The notes beneath the pieces are model-generated. The model worked only from the letters and a program-made list of their open reading frames with translations. It had not been told where the DNA came from and did not search any database. Shown here piece by piece: positions 50,401 to 64,000 of a DNA stretch of 64,000 nt. Both the position numbers and the translations under genes were made by a program. How positions within the stretch are numbered: position 1 is the first letter of the stretch; the number at the start of each line of letters is the position of its first letter. Location: the NCBI GenBank assembly GCA_036172245.1, contig JAYWIR010000008.1:4464001-4528000 (forward strand), read 5' to 3'. This DNA is from Raillietiella orientalis. Lineage: Eukaryota.

Positions 50401-53400
50401 CTCGCGTAGTCTCTCGCGGCCCCTCCATGGAGCATTGGCGGGCGGACAGTCGGAGCACGGAAGTCACCACCACCATCACGAAAGGACGCGCCGAACCCCC
50501 AGACGGAACGGACCGGCAAGGGGTCGACCCGCGACTGTCTTCCCCCCTCCTCCTTCTCCTCGTCCGCGGGACGCTGAAGGCTCCGTCGAGGTGCTGCCGG
50601 ACTCCCCACCAACGTCCCCAGCACTGGCGCGACGGCGTCTGCGTTGGAGGACAAGGCAGACGGAATCGCCTCGAGGCCACGAGAGAGGGCAGCGGCGGTC
50701 CAAAGACGGCGCGGAGCTGACCGAACCGGGTTGCCCGTGGTTACAGGGGGAGGAGGAGGATCCGAAGAGACGGAGGAGGCGGCGTCGGCGTCACTTCCGC
50801 GCGCCCGGGGGCTGCACGAAACTGTACGAAGAAGGAAGGGGGAAGGGTGTTCTCGACTCGGCAAATGGCCTCCCTCCCGGTCATCCCCTGGTCCGATGGA
50901 TCGCACCTGCGCCGGTCACCGATAAAAGCAAAACCGAGGGGGGGGGGGGGGAAAAAGAAGCAAAATTCACGGCGGAGTCGGCGTTTCCGTGCCAACGGAA
51001 AATGCCGTCTCCCACCCACCCGTGACATGCCGTCGCCTGGTGTCTGCGTGGTCCCCCGAGCTCCCATGTGCAAGACGATTGCCTGCCTCTTTCCTCCCCC
51101 CCCCTCTCTGTCCCTGCGTCTCCCTCCGCCTCCTTTCCGAAAGCTTTCCGCGTAGTTGCGCAGTCTTCCCCAAATCCTGCCGTGCAAAAGTAGTCCCCGT
51201 GTTTTGTTCCGTGAACGCGCGGCAGCGGCGGATCTATGTAATGCTCCGCCGCCGCCTATACGTTAATCAGCTGTAGTAGTGGGCCTTCCTGTTTGGCTTA
51301 CGTGCTCCGTAGCGCTTGGATTATGCTGGGGGCGGCTTAAGATGCCTTAAGTTCTCCTCCGTGGTTATCTCGGAATTCTGGTAAGATGCTTGGCCGCTTT
51401 CGCTTGTTCTGTGAAAAATGTGGTGCACGTCGGGGCCCGCTTGTTTTTCCCTCCTTTTTTTTTTTTTTTTTTTTTTTTTTCCCTCGTGTACGTGTGTGTT
51501 TGTGTAGCACGCAGTGCCGTGAGCTGTGGTGACGTTGGGGGCGCGCAGTTAATTGAAAAGCCCCCTTTTTTTTCTTCGCTCTGCTGGCGCCGTTGGGCTC
51601 CCAGGAAGCGACGCCGCCGTCGTGAGAATTCGTGCCGAGGCGTGGGGTGTGCCGTCTCCCAGCGCGGGCTCCGAGCACGGACGAGGCAACAATGCGGCCC
51701 CGAACGCCATTGTTGCCGCGGCCCGCCTTCGCCCCGCGCGCGTCCCTTCGGCCGGCGAGGCTTCCTTTTTTTGTGTTCGCGTCTTTCTTCCCCCCCGTTT
51801 TTCGCATTTCGGCGGCGCGCGTGGTGCGCACGCGACCGCCCACCGAGTGCGTTTGTTTCTCATGTCAGGACAGAAGCGAAATCCCGTCGAGCTGCGACCG
51901 GGAAGCGCCCTCCCTCCCTCTCCTCCGCCCTCGAGCAGGAAGCCGTAAGAAATCCCTTCGTTGGTCACGGGATCGATCGCTTCCACCGGCCGTGGGGGTG
52001 GGTGGGTGGGTGGGTGCCACGGAAGGTCCCCCCCCCTTTCCAGGAAAAGTAACAGAGCTGCTGCCGGCGCCTCCCCTGCTTCCGCATCGGTGGAACCAGC
52101 CTCTCTCCCACCGTTCCTTGCCTGTGTTTTTTCCTCTTTCTCCTTCCTCTCGCGCCCGCATGTTGCACGCGGCTGCGTTTCTCGCGTGGCTCGCGCTCGA
52201 TCCCGACTCGCGCCGAGCCGACGCCGAGGTGGCCGACGCGATGAGCCACGCGAACGCGACTGGCCTCGGGTGGACGCGGGCGCGCGGCAAATCGTTCCCG
52301 GACGCTTCCCGCCTGGAAGTCGGGCACGCACGCGCGCGCGCGCGCGCTAATAAATGGGAGTTCTTTCGCTTTCCTCTCGGGGGCAGGAGGGGGAAAAAGG
52401 GGGGGGGGAGGGGGAGGGAGGGATCACGTGGTTCTCCCAGCGCCCTTTGGTTGTTGTTGTTTTCTTCTTCCTCTTCCCGTTTTTTTTTTTTTTTGTGTGT
52501 GTGTGTGTGTGCATGTGGGTCGTTCGAAAGCGCGCGCGCGGGGGGCTGCGCCCTTCGCCGCGCAGGCTGCGAGCGTATCCCGGTGCCATCGCCGTGCTCT
52601 TCCCACTCGGCGTCACGAATTCCGGGCAGCGGGAGTTTAATCGATTGCTTCCCCGTTTCCAGTGGCGACACGCCGAACTGCACCGTGTCGCGCCTTTCGC
52701 ATAGGCTGAATCGCATCTGGCAGTTTGCCGACCATAAGTGGTGTGCTGTGTGGTTCGTTCGGAGAAGGGGGGGAGAACGGGGGATGGTGGGGGAGGGAGG
52801 GAGGGAGAGAGTTGACCTTTTCGAACAAGAAGAAGAGTGTATTAATAACCGTGGGAACGGAGGAACGCGAGAGAGTTGGCGCGCTCCGATTGATGGCACT
52901 TCCCCGAAGTAAGGCAACCTGGTCGGAGGGGGGAGGGGGGGGGAAACGACGCGCGTGCGCAAACCGGTCGGTCGGTTCTCTTCCGCGCGCGCGCGCGGCG
53001 GCGTGGTGACACCACGGCGGGAAGTGCTGCGGCAGTCGAGCAGCGCTGCACTCGAAAGGATGCAGCAGCGGAACACGGCGCGAGGTGGTTCCTCCCCCCG
53101 TTCATGTGGAGGAAAAGTGAAAGTGCACTCGGGAGCGAGAAGACGAGTGGCGGGAGAGCGCAAACAAAACTGGGTCGTTTGCCACCGCCGCTGCCGCCTT
53201 CCCGGAATCCCCCCCCCCCCCTTCTCGGAGGCACCCGAATCCCTCCGACGACCAGGAGGCTCGCTTGCGTGCAGGAGCTGAGGACGTCTACGTCCCCAGG
53301 GGTGCGATCGCTTCTTCCCCGCGGGGCATGCGTGCGTTTCCCCGGTCGCTGCCGCGAGAGGTGGGAAGCCGAGTTCATTCCCACACTGCTTCCCGGTCAT

Positions 53401-54889
53401 GAATTCCCGATGAATTCCGAGTGCCGCGCGAGCGGCAGCAGCTTTCACTTTCGATCCGGGAGTTTTCCGCTTCTCCGTGCCTGGCTCTCGCGGACGTGCC
53501 TGCCGGTCGTGGACTCTTCCGAAAGTTCTTTTCGTGTCGCTCTTCCGTGTCGGAGGTAGTAGTCATCAATCCCTTAAGATCCCCTAAAGTTTGACCCGAG
53601 CCACTTCCCTCGTGCGTGTGTGCGTGTGCAATTGGAGCTGAACGTGGTCCATCTCGGGGAAGATGTGCTCCGCTTGGTTCCCGAGGAGCTCCCAGAAAGG
53701 AGACGGGACCGTCGCTGCTGGTTCCGTCCCTTTGCCATCGGCCTTGCGTGCGCGTTCCAGATGGCGCCAAGCGGAAATGACGGGAGCCGCTCCAGGAGAG
53801 GCGGCGCGCGACGACGCGCATCCGCCGAGGTCATCCCCGACTCTTTCTGTCTGCTGCGCACTTTCCCGCGCGGATGCATCTATTCGTCTTTTTCCCAGGA
53901 GCACGTCGGGAAAACTTCAAAGTCGGTGCTCCGAAGGGCAGCTACGGTTGACCTTGAAGCAGGCCGGACCTCCCCCTTTCTCCCTCCCTGCTACCCACCC
54001 ACTCGCCGAGTTCTCTCTCTCCGCTCTCCTCCATCTCTCGCTCGCTGTTCCTCCCGTTTGTGCGATCTAGTCACTTCCGCCCTCCGGGCGTCTCCTCCCT
54101 ACCGGCACTTTAGAGTGCGGAGCGCGCGAAGCCTCTGGGAAAGCTTCCTCGTCCTCCCCAGCGCTCCTCGTTTCCCCAGTGCTCTTCGCTGCCTTTGGGG
54201 GAGGAGGGGACGCACAGACCATTTCTCCGAGCTACCCGCGGTCCAGGGAGAGAAGAAGGAACGGCGCGCGCCGGGATCTGGAACTTGGGAAAAGGGAGCG
54301 AAAGCAGATCCGTCGGCTTCGTTTGGACAGCAAGGTCCACCGCCTTCCCTGCCCCCAAATTCTTCGATTTCGTTTCACTCTTCGCGTTACACCACCGCCG
54401 CGAGTGCACTCCTTCTCAACGAGGGCATTCGCTTTCCCGCCGAAGGACGCCACCGATCGCTCCGAGTCACTCTTGTGACTCCTTCTCGAGTTGCATCCAT
54501 TTTTGCCCCTCTTCTTCCTCTCGCCCTCGTTCTTTCCTAGGGCCCCTTGACTGTTGCCCCGCCCGGCCTTCCTCGCACGACAGTTTCGTCTGGGGACGTG
54601 GCCGGAATCACCCCAGTCGAGTATCGGTGGCCGCACCACCAGCGGCGGTGGTGCTGTCCTTGGAGCTCCGGCAGTGTTGGTGCTTCCTCGTTCTCTCCCT
54701 CGTTCGCCAGGCGCGCACGCGCCTCTGCTTCCGGTCTGCTTCCTCCACTGTGGCCCGGGAGGCAGGCACTTTATGGGTCTTCGTGCAGATGGGGATGGGG
54801 CGGCACGATCTCCTCCATTGCGGACCCTAATCTCTTCCCTCGTCCCCAGCTCTCGCGGAAGACTTCACTTTGGCAAGGAGTGCGAGAAG

Positions 54890-56267
54890 ATGGGAGAAAC
54901 GATTCAGCCAGGCGGGGAGGTGAAGTGCCCGCTGCTGCACCCGGAAGACAACTTGGAGCTCAAGCACTTGCAGCAGTTCGGCTCCCTGCAGGGCCATGGC
55001 TGGCCCGGCGTTTCGGAAGAGCACGTGGAAACCGATAAGGGAACCTTCGTGGTGGGGATCCAGGGGGAGCGAGGCAGGACCCCGATCGTTACGTTTCATG
55101 ACCTGGGAATGAACTACATCACCAGCTTCGAGACCTTCTTCACCTTCCCGGACGTGCGCCTGATACTGGATAGCTTTTGCGTGTACCACATGAACGCCCC
55201 GGGGCAGGAGGACAACGCCACACCTCTGCCCGAGGAGCATTTCGAGTACCCGAGCCTGGACGAGATGGCCGTGGTCCTGCGCGATGTGCTGGCCAAGCTA
55301 CACATCGCGCACTTTGTGGGTCTCGGGGTGGGCATGGGGGCGTACGTGCTAGCGTGCTTCGCCCTCGACAATCCAATGATGGTCGACGGCCTGTGTCTGG
55401 TGAACCCGTGCACGCAAGCGTCCGGCTGGTTCCAGTGGGGGCTGCAGAAGATGTACGCCCGCAACCTGCGCTCCTCCCACGAGATGAGCAACAGGGTCAG
55501 GGACTTCCTGCTCGACTACCACCTCGGCCGCGAGCACGACCGTCGGCCCCCGGACCTGCAGAGGAGTCTGCGGGACCGCCTGGAAAACCGCACCAACCCC
55601 ACCAACATGGCCATGCTGCTGGGGGTGTTCAACAGCCGGACGGACCTGCACATGGTCCGCGAGACCGATCCGGAAAAGAAGAAGAACGCCCGGATGCTGC
55701 AGATGCCCGTGCTGCTCATCGCGGGGGCGGAGAGGTCGGTGTCAGGGGTCCTCGAAAAGACCACCCACCCTCTCCCCATTCTTTCTCTTATTCTTTCTCT
55801 CACCCCCTTACGCTCCCCCCTCACATCTTCACACAGTCCACTCCTCTCTTGCCTCCACGCACACGCTGTACCGATCCATCTCTTTCAGCTACCATCTGGA
55901 GGCCACCGAACTTCTCTTCGAGAAGCTGGACCCCAGCACCTCGTCCTTCATGAAGGTGGCGGACGTCGCTATGCCTTTGGAGGAGCAGCCCGCAAAGGTC
56001 GCCGAGGCGTTCCGGTAAGCAGCGCTGCCCGACGTCCAGGACACAAGCAGCTCGCCCTTACCCTCCTCCCCTCCCTCCCTCCCTCCGCCCTTCGCATTCA
56101 CTTCCTTCTCCTCCTCCTCCCCCCACAGCTACTTTCTGCAGGGACTCGGCTTCATCCCGTATATGCAGCGGCGCATCTCGCGGCAACATAGCCTCGCCGA
56201 GCAGGGGTCCGCGGACTCGAGCCCCTTGCACATGCACGCCCGGACCATCATAGCGGAGGAGAAGTAG
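54890..56267 (+). CDS. NDRG: NDRG family protein (N-myc downstream-regulated, non-catalytic alpha/beta-hydrolase fold); exons 54890-55734, 55889-56014, 56129-56267, ~369 aa
   Basis: Motifs IVTFHDLGMNY, FCVYHMNAPGQEDNA, YPSLDEMA, FVGLGVGMGAYVL (Gly at the nucleophile elbow), PLEEQPAKVAEAFRYFLQGLGFIP. Strong GC3 bias. Phase-2 GT-AG introns 55735-55888 and 56015-56128 have clear pyrimidine tracts; CDS 1110 nt. A likely 5'UTR splice acceptor ends at 54849. Confidence 0.93.
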
Positions 56268-58049
56268 TGGCATTCGAGGAACGCGGCGACGGCGATCAAT
56301 ATACGCGCGGCGCGCCAGCGCGCCCGCATCATGTGCCCGTTCTCCCTCTCGTGCAGTTTTGGGAAGGGGGTGGTGGTGGGAAGGGTCAGGGGAGGGGAGA
56401 GGAGGAGGAATAGGGGGGAGTGAAGAAGCGTCACAGACCGCGCGCATGATCCACTGACACGTGGGAGAGAGGATACGACCTCCCTCGCAATGCAAGAGAG
56501 ATGGAGTGGGGGTGAGGGCACCTGCCATGGAGGAGAGCGAAGCATCCGCCCGATGAAGACCCATCCCGCGATGGAGTAGGATCTGGACCGAGAACCGCAA
56601 AGCTGGAGGCTGGAAGCAGCAGGAAGGGTGGGGGGCGATCTTTCAGGTTTCCAAGAAGACAATGGAGGCGAGCGGGTAGCGCACGCCGGGAGGGATTTGC
56701 TGGAGCTCTTCCCCCTTTCTGTCCTTCGTTGGATCCTCCCAGCGGCCACCGATGGGAAGCGGGAAACGCCTGCCTGCGTGGCCGTTTCCCACAGCAACCG
56801 CCTCGCTCGCGGGAGGCTGGCAGACTGGAAGGAGTTCAGAGCACTGTTCTCCCAGCGTCTTAGTGCAGTGGAGAGCTCAGGAGTACTCGAATCCTCCTTG
56901 CTGCTCTTCCTGCTCGCTCCTTCCATCACTCGGAGCACAGCGGTCCTCCTTTCCTTTGCCCCCCCCCCCGCGCTTCCCGGTTGATCCGGGGCGCACCCCC
57001 GAGGACGACGAGCACCGTCGCCTCTGTGGTCCCTCCTCTCTGGACGAAGCCATCCGAACCGCCTTTCTTCGGCAGCTGATCCCTACACAGCTATTCCAGG
57101 ATCCCTCGCACTCCCCGCGCCCGTGTCCCCGTAGAGCGAAGTTGCGGAGAGTGCAGAGAGGTGGTGGAGCCTCGTGGTGAACTAGAAAAAGAAAGGAAGC
57201 CTCAAGGGCTGCAGCTATCCCCTTGCCCCTCCGTCTGGAAGGCGGTTCCCCCTCGCTCTGTCAGCCCCTCTTCCCATTACATCTCGGGCCTGGGAAAAAG
57301 GCTGAACCAAAGCTTCCGGCCATCCGCGCGTGCTCTCCTGGAGGCGCTCGACGGCGACGGCGGGTTCGTCTGAGAAAGCGTGGAGAAGGAAGGCTGCACC
57401 CCACCCTCTCCCCTTCCTCTTCCCATCGTGCTCTCAGCAAGGATCGGTGCTACCTCCTCCGGATGATACTCCCACCGGGCAACGAGTCAGGCAACAGTCC
57501 CCCCCCCCCCGCAATGCATCGCTATGCACCAGTCGGAGCTGTCTACGGAGCCTCGAGTTCTCCTCTCTTCCCCCTCAAGGAGAGGGGGTCCCGATCACGA
57601 GAGACTCACTCGTTCATTCCCGCCATCTCGGTCCCAGAGACCCTGGAAGCAGGTTCTCCTCCTTTCGGAACACGTCCTGCAGTCCCGACCGCCCTCTGCC
57701 ACCTCGCACCCCTCGTTCGTTGTTGGCGTGGATGGCGCCAGCAGCTCGCCGTGCCGGGAGCAGGCAGCCACCACTGACGGAGAAAACGGCGCAGAGATGC
57801 CGGGACGCCACTGCTCCGGACTACCTCGCCACTTCCTCCGCCGGAAGGACGTTCCCCGATGCACCCTCCTTCCCTTCTTCCTCCTCTCAAAACTCCTGGT
57901 GACGACTGAAATGGGTTGTGGATCCAGGCCTTACCGATGGATGACTGGAGGGGATCCTTTCAAGAGTCCGAGCAACACTGAAGGTGCCCCGCTCTTGGAA
58001 GGAACAAACAAGAAGCCAACACCACGGAGGGTCCCGGATGGATGACTGT

Positions 58050-58800
58050 GCACGCGTGCCCTCTAGCCACTGTCCTGGCGTGCAGAGCGGCATTAGCAAG
58101 ATAGGACGAGACTGATCCCAGCGCTGGGCATCCGAGTTCCTGCCGCAGATCGAAGACGAGGAGGGGCCGCTCGCTCCGGGGCTTTCTTGCACTTGCAGAC
58201 CCGCCAGCAGCTGCCCCGGCAGAGGCGGAGCGCGAGGAGCAAAACGCGGCGACCTTATTGGGCATCCGTCCGTTCGGAAGGGTCACCGAATCGGGCGTAC
58301 CCGGCCCAGGATGGCGGAGAGCCCCGATGCGTTGCTTGCTGCTCCGGAGGATGCCCAGAAGGAACGGAAGGTCTCCGAAGAGGAGCCGGGAGGGAACGCG
58401 CGAGCTGCATCGTGGGCCGCACGACGAAACCGGGAAAGACACGAGGGAAGCGAGGAGGTTTCCTGAGTCTAGGGAGGGGGGGGAGAGGTACTCGCTGGAA
58501 GCTGCTGCTTCGAAGGGATCGGCAGGCGCTCCCCTTCAAGTAGAAGCGTGGTCGAGTCAGCCGCGGAGGAACCTCGGTCGAACGAGTCGACGGGGAATCG
58601 CCGGACCGCAAGCCAAAGCCCCGAACACGCTTCCGGGTGCGTGCGCGATCCGGGATCGCCGCGACCAGGGGCTACCGTGGAAAGAAGGACGCGACTCTGC
58701 GCAAACACCGGCTCGGTCCGGGACCAAAGAGGGTCCTCCCAGTTCCCAGGGGTCAAGCGCACGAAACTTTGTGGGTTCGTCCGCGCGCACCGGGGAAGGA
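58050..58800 (-). mobile_element. Decayed Ty3/Gypsy integrase remnant
   Basis: Minus-strand pieces in integrase order: AGVCAESRP...APGSVFG...GP (cf. CxxC...APFERIAxDxxGP), DSTT...ERLPIPSKQ...AST (cf. DYFTKWPEAxPIPNQEAST), SRLLFGDLPFLLGI...IGALRHP...NGR (cf. SxLFxELCxLLGI..RTTAxHPQSNG), QRWDQSRPILLM (cf. DWDQxLPxLLMAY). Frameshifted. Confidence 0.5.
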
Positions 58801-61800
58801 GCAGCGTGTCGGCGGCGTGCTACTGCTTCCTTTCGAGAGGAGCGCCCGGTGACCTTGAAGTCGGTAAGCGGGAATGCTCAGGAAGGAACCCGGCATGGGG
58901 AGGACTGGGAGTCGTGGAGGGAGCGAAGCCCGCGATTTGCAAACCAAATTAACAGGAGGGGCACGAGAAGACAGCAAGGACTGCCGAAACGGGTGGGACG
59001 TTCTTCCAAGGCGGCGAGGAAGCGAAAAATCCCACCCGGGAAAAAAAAACAAAAAAAACTTGCAGGTGGTGAGTTCGGCCTGCTCGCTTAGGGGGGTTAA
59101 GGACCTGCAGTCACAGCAACGAACCGCTTTTGACCCGGTCAGCTCCATCAGCAAGCCCACGGTTCGAACCTATGGGGGCGAACCCAGCTGCGCGCGACCT
59201 GCTCGTGAAAGGGCTCGCAGAGAGAGAGAGAGCGAGATTGACCAATCAGCAGCGCCTACGGGGCCAAGCAAGCAGACAAGCAACGAACGGTCTCCCGGCT
59301 GGACGCGTTTCCCCGCTGCCGCTCTTCGTGACGTAAGGAATGCGAGTGAACTTCGCCTCGTGACGGAAAGGGTCCTCGGCCGCAGCAGCCGAAAGCGTGC
59401 GCGGGGGGAGGGGGGGGGTGATGCGTGGTCCAGGCCAGGATGCGCTCGGGAGGTTCGGGAGGACCTAGAGACAGTTCGAAGAAGTTGCAGGTGTGTCGTC
59501 GTCCGTCTGGGACGGGAGTCCTGTGGATGATGCACCCACGCGGAGCAGGAGGGCGCGTGCGGCTGCCGGGTCTCGTGCCGGTGCACCTGCCTAGACCACC
59601 CAACCGGACCGCCGCGTTGGGCGCAAGGGCGCCGGGTGCGGGGGTCGCCCGCACCGTGGCGGAAGAACTCCGTGTCTGGCAATGCAGCCCTGCTGGTGCG
59701 AACAGCAACGAGCGACCCTCGGTGCCGGCAGAACCGCCCGCGGGGATCGCCACGAACGATTCTCAGGGGACGTCGGCCGGCGTGAAAGCAGCAGTTTGTC
59801 GAACCTCCGTTCACGCAAAGAAGAGAGGGAGGGAGAGACGGGGCCTCCGAGGAGGAGGAGGAGCGGAGTTCTCCAGGATCCCGGGAGAGACTCGGAAGGC
59901 GCGCGATGAGTGCAGCCGCCCCGGAGTGCGGGCGGCTCATCGCCCCGGAGTTGCTCGCGGGCAGAAGAGGAGGACTCGGAAACGTCGGATGCTGCCAGAT
60001 GCGTTGCCGACAGGGAAGCGACCTGAGAGGGGGCGCGACCGAAGAACAAGAAGCTCTCCGTCCGCGGACGCGTCGAGCTTGCCTCGAGCGTCCAGAGCCT
60101 GCCAGAACGGGAACTCGGGGACGAGCAAACGAAGAATAAGCGCTGGCGCCGAAATCCGCCGGGAAGGCTGGCGCGCGTTCCCCTGAGACAGACGTCGAGC
60201 TTTGGAGGCTGTCGCCTGAGTGTGCGGGTACCGGGTCAAAGATCCTGTGGTCAAAGAGAAAAGGCAAGGTCCCACCCCCTCCCCCTTCCTTCCTGGGTGG
60301 GGCGACCGCCCGCCTGCCGAGGCGTTGGGTTCGGTCGAAGCGCCGCCAACCCCTGGCCGTCCGGGAGCCCGCTTGCCGCAAGCAGAGAAGCAGCGCCAGC
60401 GGTCGCGCGCCCGACATAGGCTTCGGGAGTTTCCTCTCCCCTTTCCCCCTGGTTTCCTTCCTCACCCCCTGGTGTACTTAAGGCGGAAGCATCCCATGCT
60501 GTATTTCCTTTCGCAGGTTGGGTATATGAAATGTGTGGCCGACGGCGGTTCATCGGACGTCGAGAACTTTCCATGCTTGGATCTGCCGATGTTTATTTAT
60601 TCATTCATTTATTTCGTGTTTTCGACTCTCACTGAGTGAAGAAGATGTGTGCTGAGTGATGCGACCACTGAGCATCATTTCACGTTTCGTCATCGTCATT
60701 CGTCACGTATTTATACGCGATATAGGGAACTCAATTTGATCGTATTGAGCGGGGTGCGCATGATCGATGATATATCAGTAGCGTATTTCTTGATGCAGTG
60801 TATTTCCTGGAATTGTAGTGATAAATTACGTCGTGTGAGCGGATAAATTTGTGAATGAATGCCAAAATTCCTCTGCTATCCGGGAGGATTAAGCAAAACA
60901 ACAAAAAAAAGGCACGTCAAAGATCTCTCGTTCGACGTGGCAAAAGTTCTCCGAGTTTCAAGCGAAGTCTTACATCCGGTAGTGGTCGGCCAAAGGGGAT
61001 CGCAGAGAACCCATCCGGAAACTTCCGGAGAAAGTTGAACGGGCATCGAGGTCCGGGAGCGGGAAAGGCGGGAGAACTCGACGAACGGTATCCACGCTTC
61101 TCCGGTCAGCTCTTGGGACTCCGGGAGATGACGGTGGCAGGCGCTCACCAGGGCGACGTGAATTCCTGCGCTGCTGCTGTGGTCGGCCGGGTTCATCGGA
61201 AGGCCTCCCGTACGCTTCGAGCAGTTCAGGCAGGCAGGAGGGGGGGGTGGGGAGTTCCTGGACGAAGCGGTGAAGGGTGGAAGGAGACCGCCGTGTGGGG
61301 AGGAAGTGACGCCAGCGGGTCGATGGAGCAGAGGTGAAGACCTGGATGGCATCCGAGGAGAGTGCGGCAGCTCTCATCTCCTCCGAGTGTTCGCAGCCGG
61401 TGGTGTCCGAGCATCTTCATGTCGGTTTTCGGAACGATGCAGGACGGTGGCTGCCTCCGGATGGAAGAGGAGAAGAAGTGGAAACAGGTCGGGATGTGCC
61501 GGCATCCCCTCGGTGGCTGGAGAACAACTCGGTCCTGGAGCGCTGAGCCTGCCAAGGAAAAGGGCGCGAAGAGTGGGAGTGGCCGGCCTCCATGCCGCGG
61601 GGGATGCAGCACCTTGCCGAATTCCCAGAAGCCTGCCCTCTTTCTCCCTTCCTCCTCCCACCTCGAGAGCGAAGCCTTTTTTTGGTGGCAGCGCGCGATT
61701 GCACGGTGCTTCTGTTTTATGCTCGGCTGCGTGCGCAACCGGTGCCAAGGAAGACTGGCGCCGGCGGTGACAGCCTTGTCTGCTCTCGGCTCCAGCCACT

Positions 61801-64000
61801 GCTTTTGCGGCGTCATTCGTCCTGCCACGTCATTCCTCCTCCCTCCAAACGGGAGGAAGAGGAAAGAGAAGCCCCTCGCAGCTTCTTTCTCTCCGAATGG
61901 GAGGATGCTTTCTTTGTCTCTCTCTCTCTCTCTCCCTCTTTTTCCTCACTTTTTGCCAGCATCCGACTCCCATAGGAAGTGGGATGCCATTCTCGATAGA
62001 CTCTCCCATCTTTTTCACCTTCTGATCCTGTTTTTTTTTTTTTGTGTGTGTGGGGGGGGGGATGATCCCTTTTTTGGACTTCATCGGAAAAACGAAGAAT
62101 AAAAAGGTTCGGATAGTTCAAGGACGGCACATTTTTTCCGAAATGTGTGTGCCATCGGCGTGCCGTTTTGGTGGCGGCTCGCGGCGAACGCATCGTGCGA
62201 GGAGCGCTGCGGTCGGCCCTCACCGACGTGCGGCGGAGGGGAGGGCAAACGGGCCTCCGGAGCCAGCAATGGGAACGTCCGTCCACTAATCCTTCACATC
62301 GCTCCGAGGCCGCGTCCACGCAATTGGCGGCCACTCGTCGCTGCCGCCGCCGTAGCCGCTGGTTCTGACCCCGAAACCTGCAAAACTTGATGGACGCGCG
62401 CAGAAACGGAAGCGCCCGTGGGAAAAATTTGGAAGGGCAGACAGCAAAAAAAAAAAAAACTCTGGAAGCGCGAATCCCTTTCCGGTACGTCACTCGGGAG
62501 CAAGGGATCCCGCTTCCTTCGGGACGTTTTGCAGCGGAGGCTTCGCTCGCCCTTCCGGCTTCACGAGACACGACGTGAAGAGGGGAGGAAATCCACTTTT
62601 GTGAGCGAAGTGGCCCCGTTTTTTCGCCTCTCGTGGACTTCTGGAGCGTCCAGCGAAGGAGTGCAAGCGAAAGGATCGCGTCCGGGGGAGAGAGGGAGGA
62701 GAGAGGTGGCTGCAGCCGGGCTCTTGACCCTCTCTCCATTTATGCATTTATGCCCTGCCGTGACTGTTCGCTCTCCATCCGTCCGTTCTCGAACCCGCTC
62801 TCCTCCTCCCGCTCTCCAGACCACGCCTGTCTGGCCACTTCTCCCTTCCTCCCCGATCCCCACCCCACCCCCAAAGCCGATCGTACTATCCCGGTCGATA
62901 AGGGCGGGGGCGCGGATGCTACACATCTCCGCCTCCGGATCCGTTCCGGTTTGCTTCCTGGATGCACAGCTTCACGAGGAGAGCGCAGGCAGTTTCGGGG
63001 AGGAGGAAGGCGGAGGAGAGGGACTCGGAACAGCCGTTGCGACCCGGCAGTAGCCGGTCCATCACCTACGTGACGAGCAACAGCAGCTTTTGATTCTTTA
63101 TGGCGACGACGCCATAGTAATGGGAAAGCTTCGGAAGTTTCTCTCCCTCGGCACACGCAGACGCCCTCGCACGAAACGTCCTGGTCCGGGCATTTGGATA
63201 TTCGTCCGTAGGGAACGCGCAACTGCCTCCGCAGCAAGACGGAAGCTCCCCGCTGGAGGAGAGGGACGAGGAGCGATGCCGCCATATCACCCGATAAAAA
63301 TCTTCCGAGATCCGCGAGCTCCGAACCGCAGCTTCATTTGATACAACGAAGGCGCAAGGCGTGGGGTCCGTTTCTCACCTCAACTCGGCACTGGGCGCTC
63401 GCATCGGATGTCGACGGGCAGCCGTTCGGTCGAGGCGAGAGAAACCACCAGCCACGAAGGGAAAAAAGAACAACAAACACACAAGCGCTGGACACGTCAT
63501 CGTGGACGACGTCACGAGGCAAAGAAGCGCTCATTCGTCGTCGTCGTCACGGAAATGACTGGCAGCGCGCGCTCAGCTCTTGCCTTCAATGGAGCGTTTT
63601 GAGTGCTCTTGCAGCAGCAGCTGTCTGCGGAACAGCCTCCAGAAAGAGAAAGCTGAGACAGGCGCCGTCGAAGCGCGCACGGACGCGTAAAAAAAGGGGA
63701 GGGGAGCGAAGGAAGAAAAACGGAACCAAAAGGACGGAGGCAGCGGGGAGGGAGGGAGGGAGGGAATGGAGAGAAGAGGAAAGAGGAACAGCAGAACGTC
63801 ACGGAACGGCGCTGGCCCCCAAGATAATCGTCGAGAGAGATTGCGCGAGCGCCACTCGCGCCGCTCCCGTTCTGCAAGCGAGTTTCGGGAAACGCAGAAC
63901 TTTCGGTGCAAGAGTGCCGAAGCTATCCGGTTACTGGGAAGCGGATTCCCTCTCCCGACGTGTGAGGTGGCGGACCTGCATGCGCGCCGATTTCGTGCGA

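Noticed and set aside
51337..54540. Long overlapping ORFs (426, 527 and 306 aa)
   Set aside because: GC-rich low-complexity DNA with poly-T/G and GT tracts; Arg/Pro/Gly/Ser-rich translations on both strands and no domain. Likely promoter, 5'UTR or intron of NDRG.
54554..56191. 545-aa ORF as an intronless NDRG
   Set aside because: It reads into a pyrimidine-rich intron and leaves the NDRG frame after 55734; the spliced model restores the conserved C-terminus.
59170..63911. Multiple 200-430-aa ORFs near the window end
   Set aside because: Overlapping on both strands, low-complexity, with no codon bias or domain.
1..64000. CRISPR array, rRNA, operon or prokaryotic defence system
   Set aside because: The sequence is eukaryotic with spliced genes; no regularly spaced repeat-spacer array or rRNA signature was seen.

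Overview
Eukaryotic (animal, most likely arthropod) genomic DNA, not prokaryotic: it has spliceosomal GT-AG introns, a TTAGG-type repeat and a PTB protein of a family I know from arthropods. Four spliced + strand genes are supported: a PTB/PID-domain protein (5730-8803), a complete GCN1 (12655-24210; 33 exons, ~2637 aa, 29 of 32 introns only 34-52 nt), a HIRIP3-like histone-chaperone-associated protein (25252-26274) and an NDRG-family alpha/beta-hydrolase-fold protein (54890-56267). The ~10-24.3 kb block around GCN1 is AT-rich and visibly CpG-poor. The rest is GC- and CpG-rich, with mononucleotide tracts and heavily decayed transposon remnants (a tRNA-headed SINE-like family in three copies, and tentative Tc1/mariner, Gypsy, RTE and L1/Tx1-like fragments). 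Most long ORFs in the GC-rich parts are compositional artefacts. The most notable signals are the ultra-short introns, the sharp composition boundary, the SINE-like family and an unidentified codon-biased pseudogene fragment. All family assignments come from recalled motifs, not database searches. I found no convincing novel multi-gene system.
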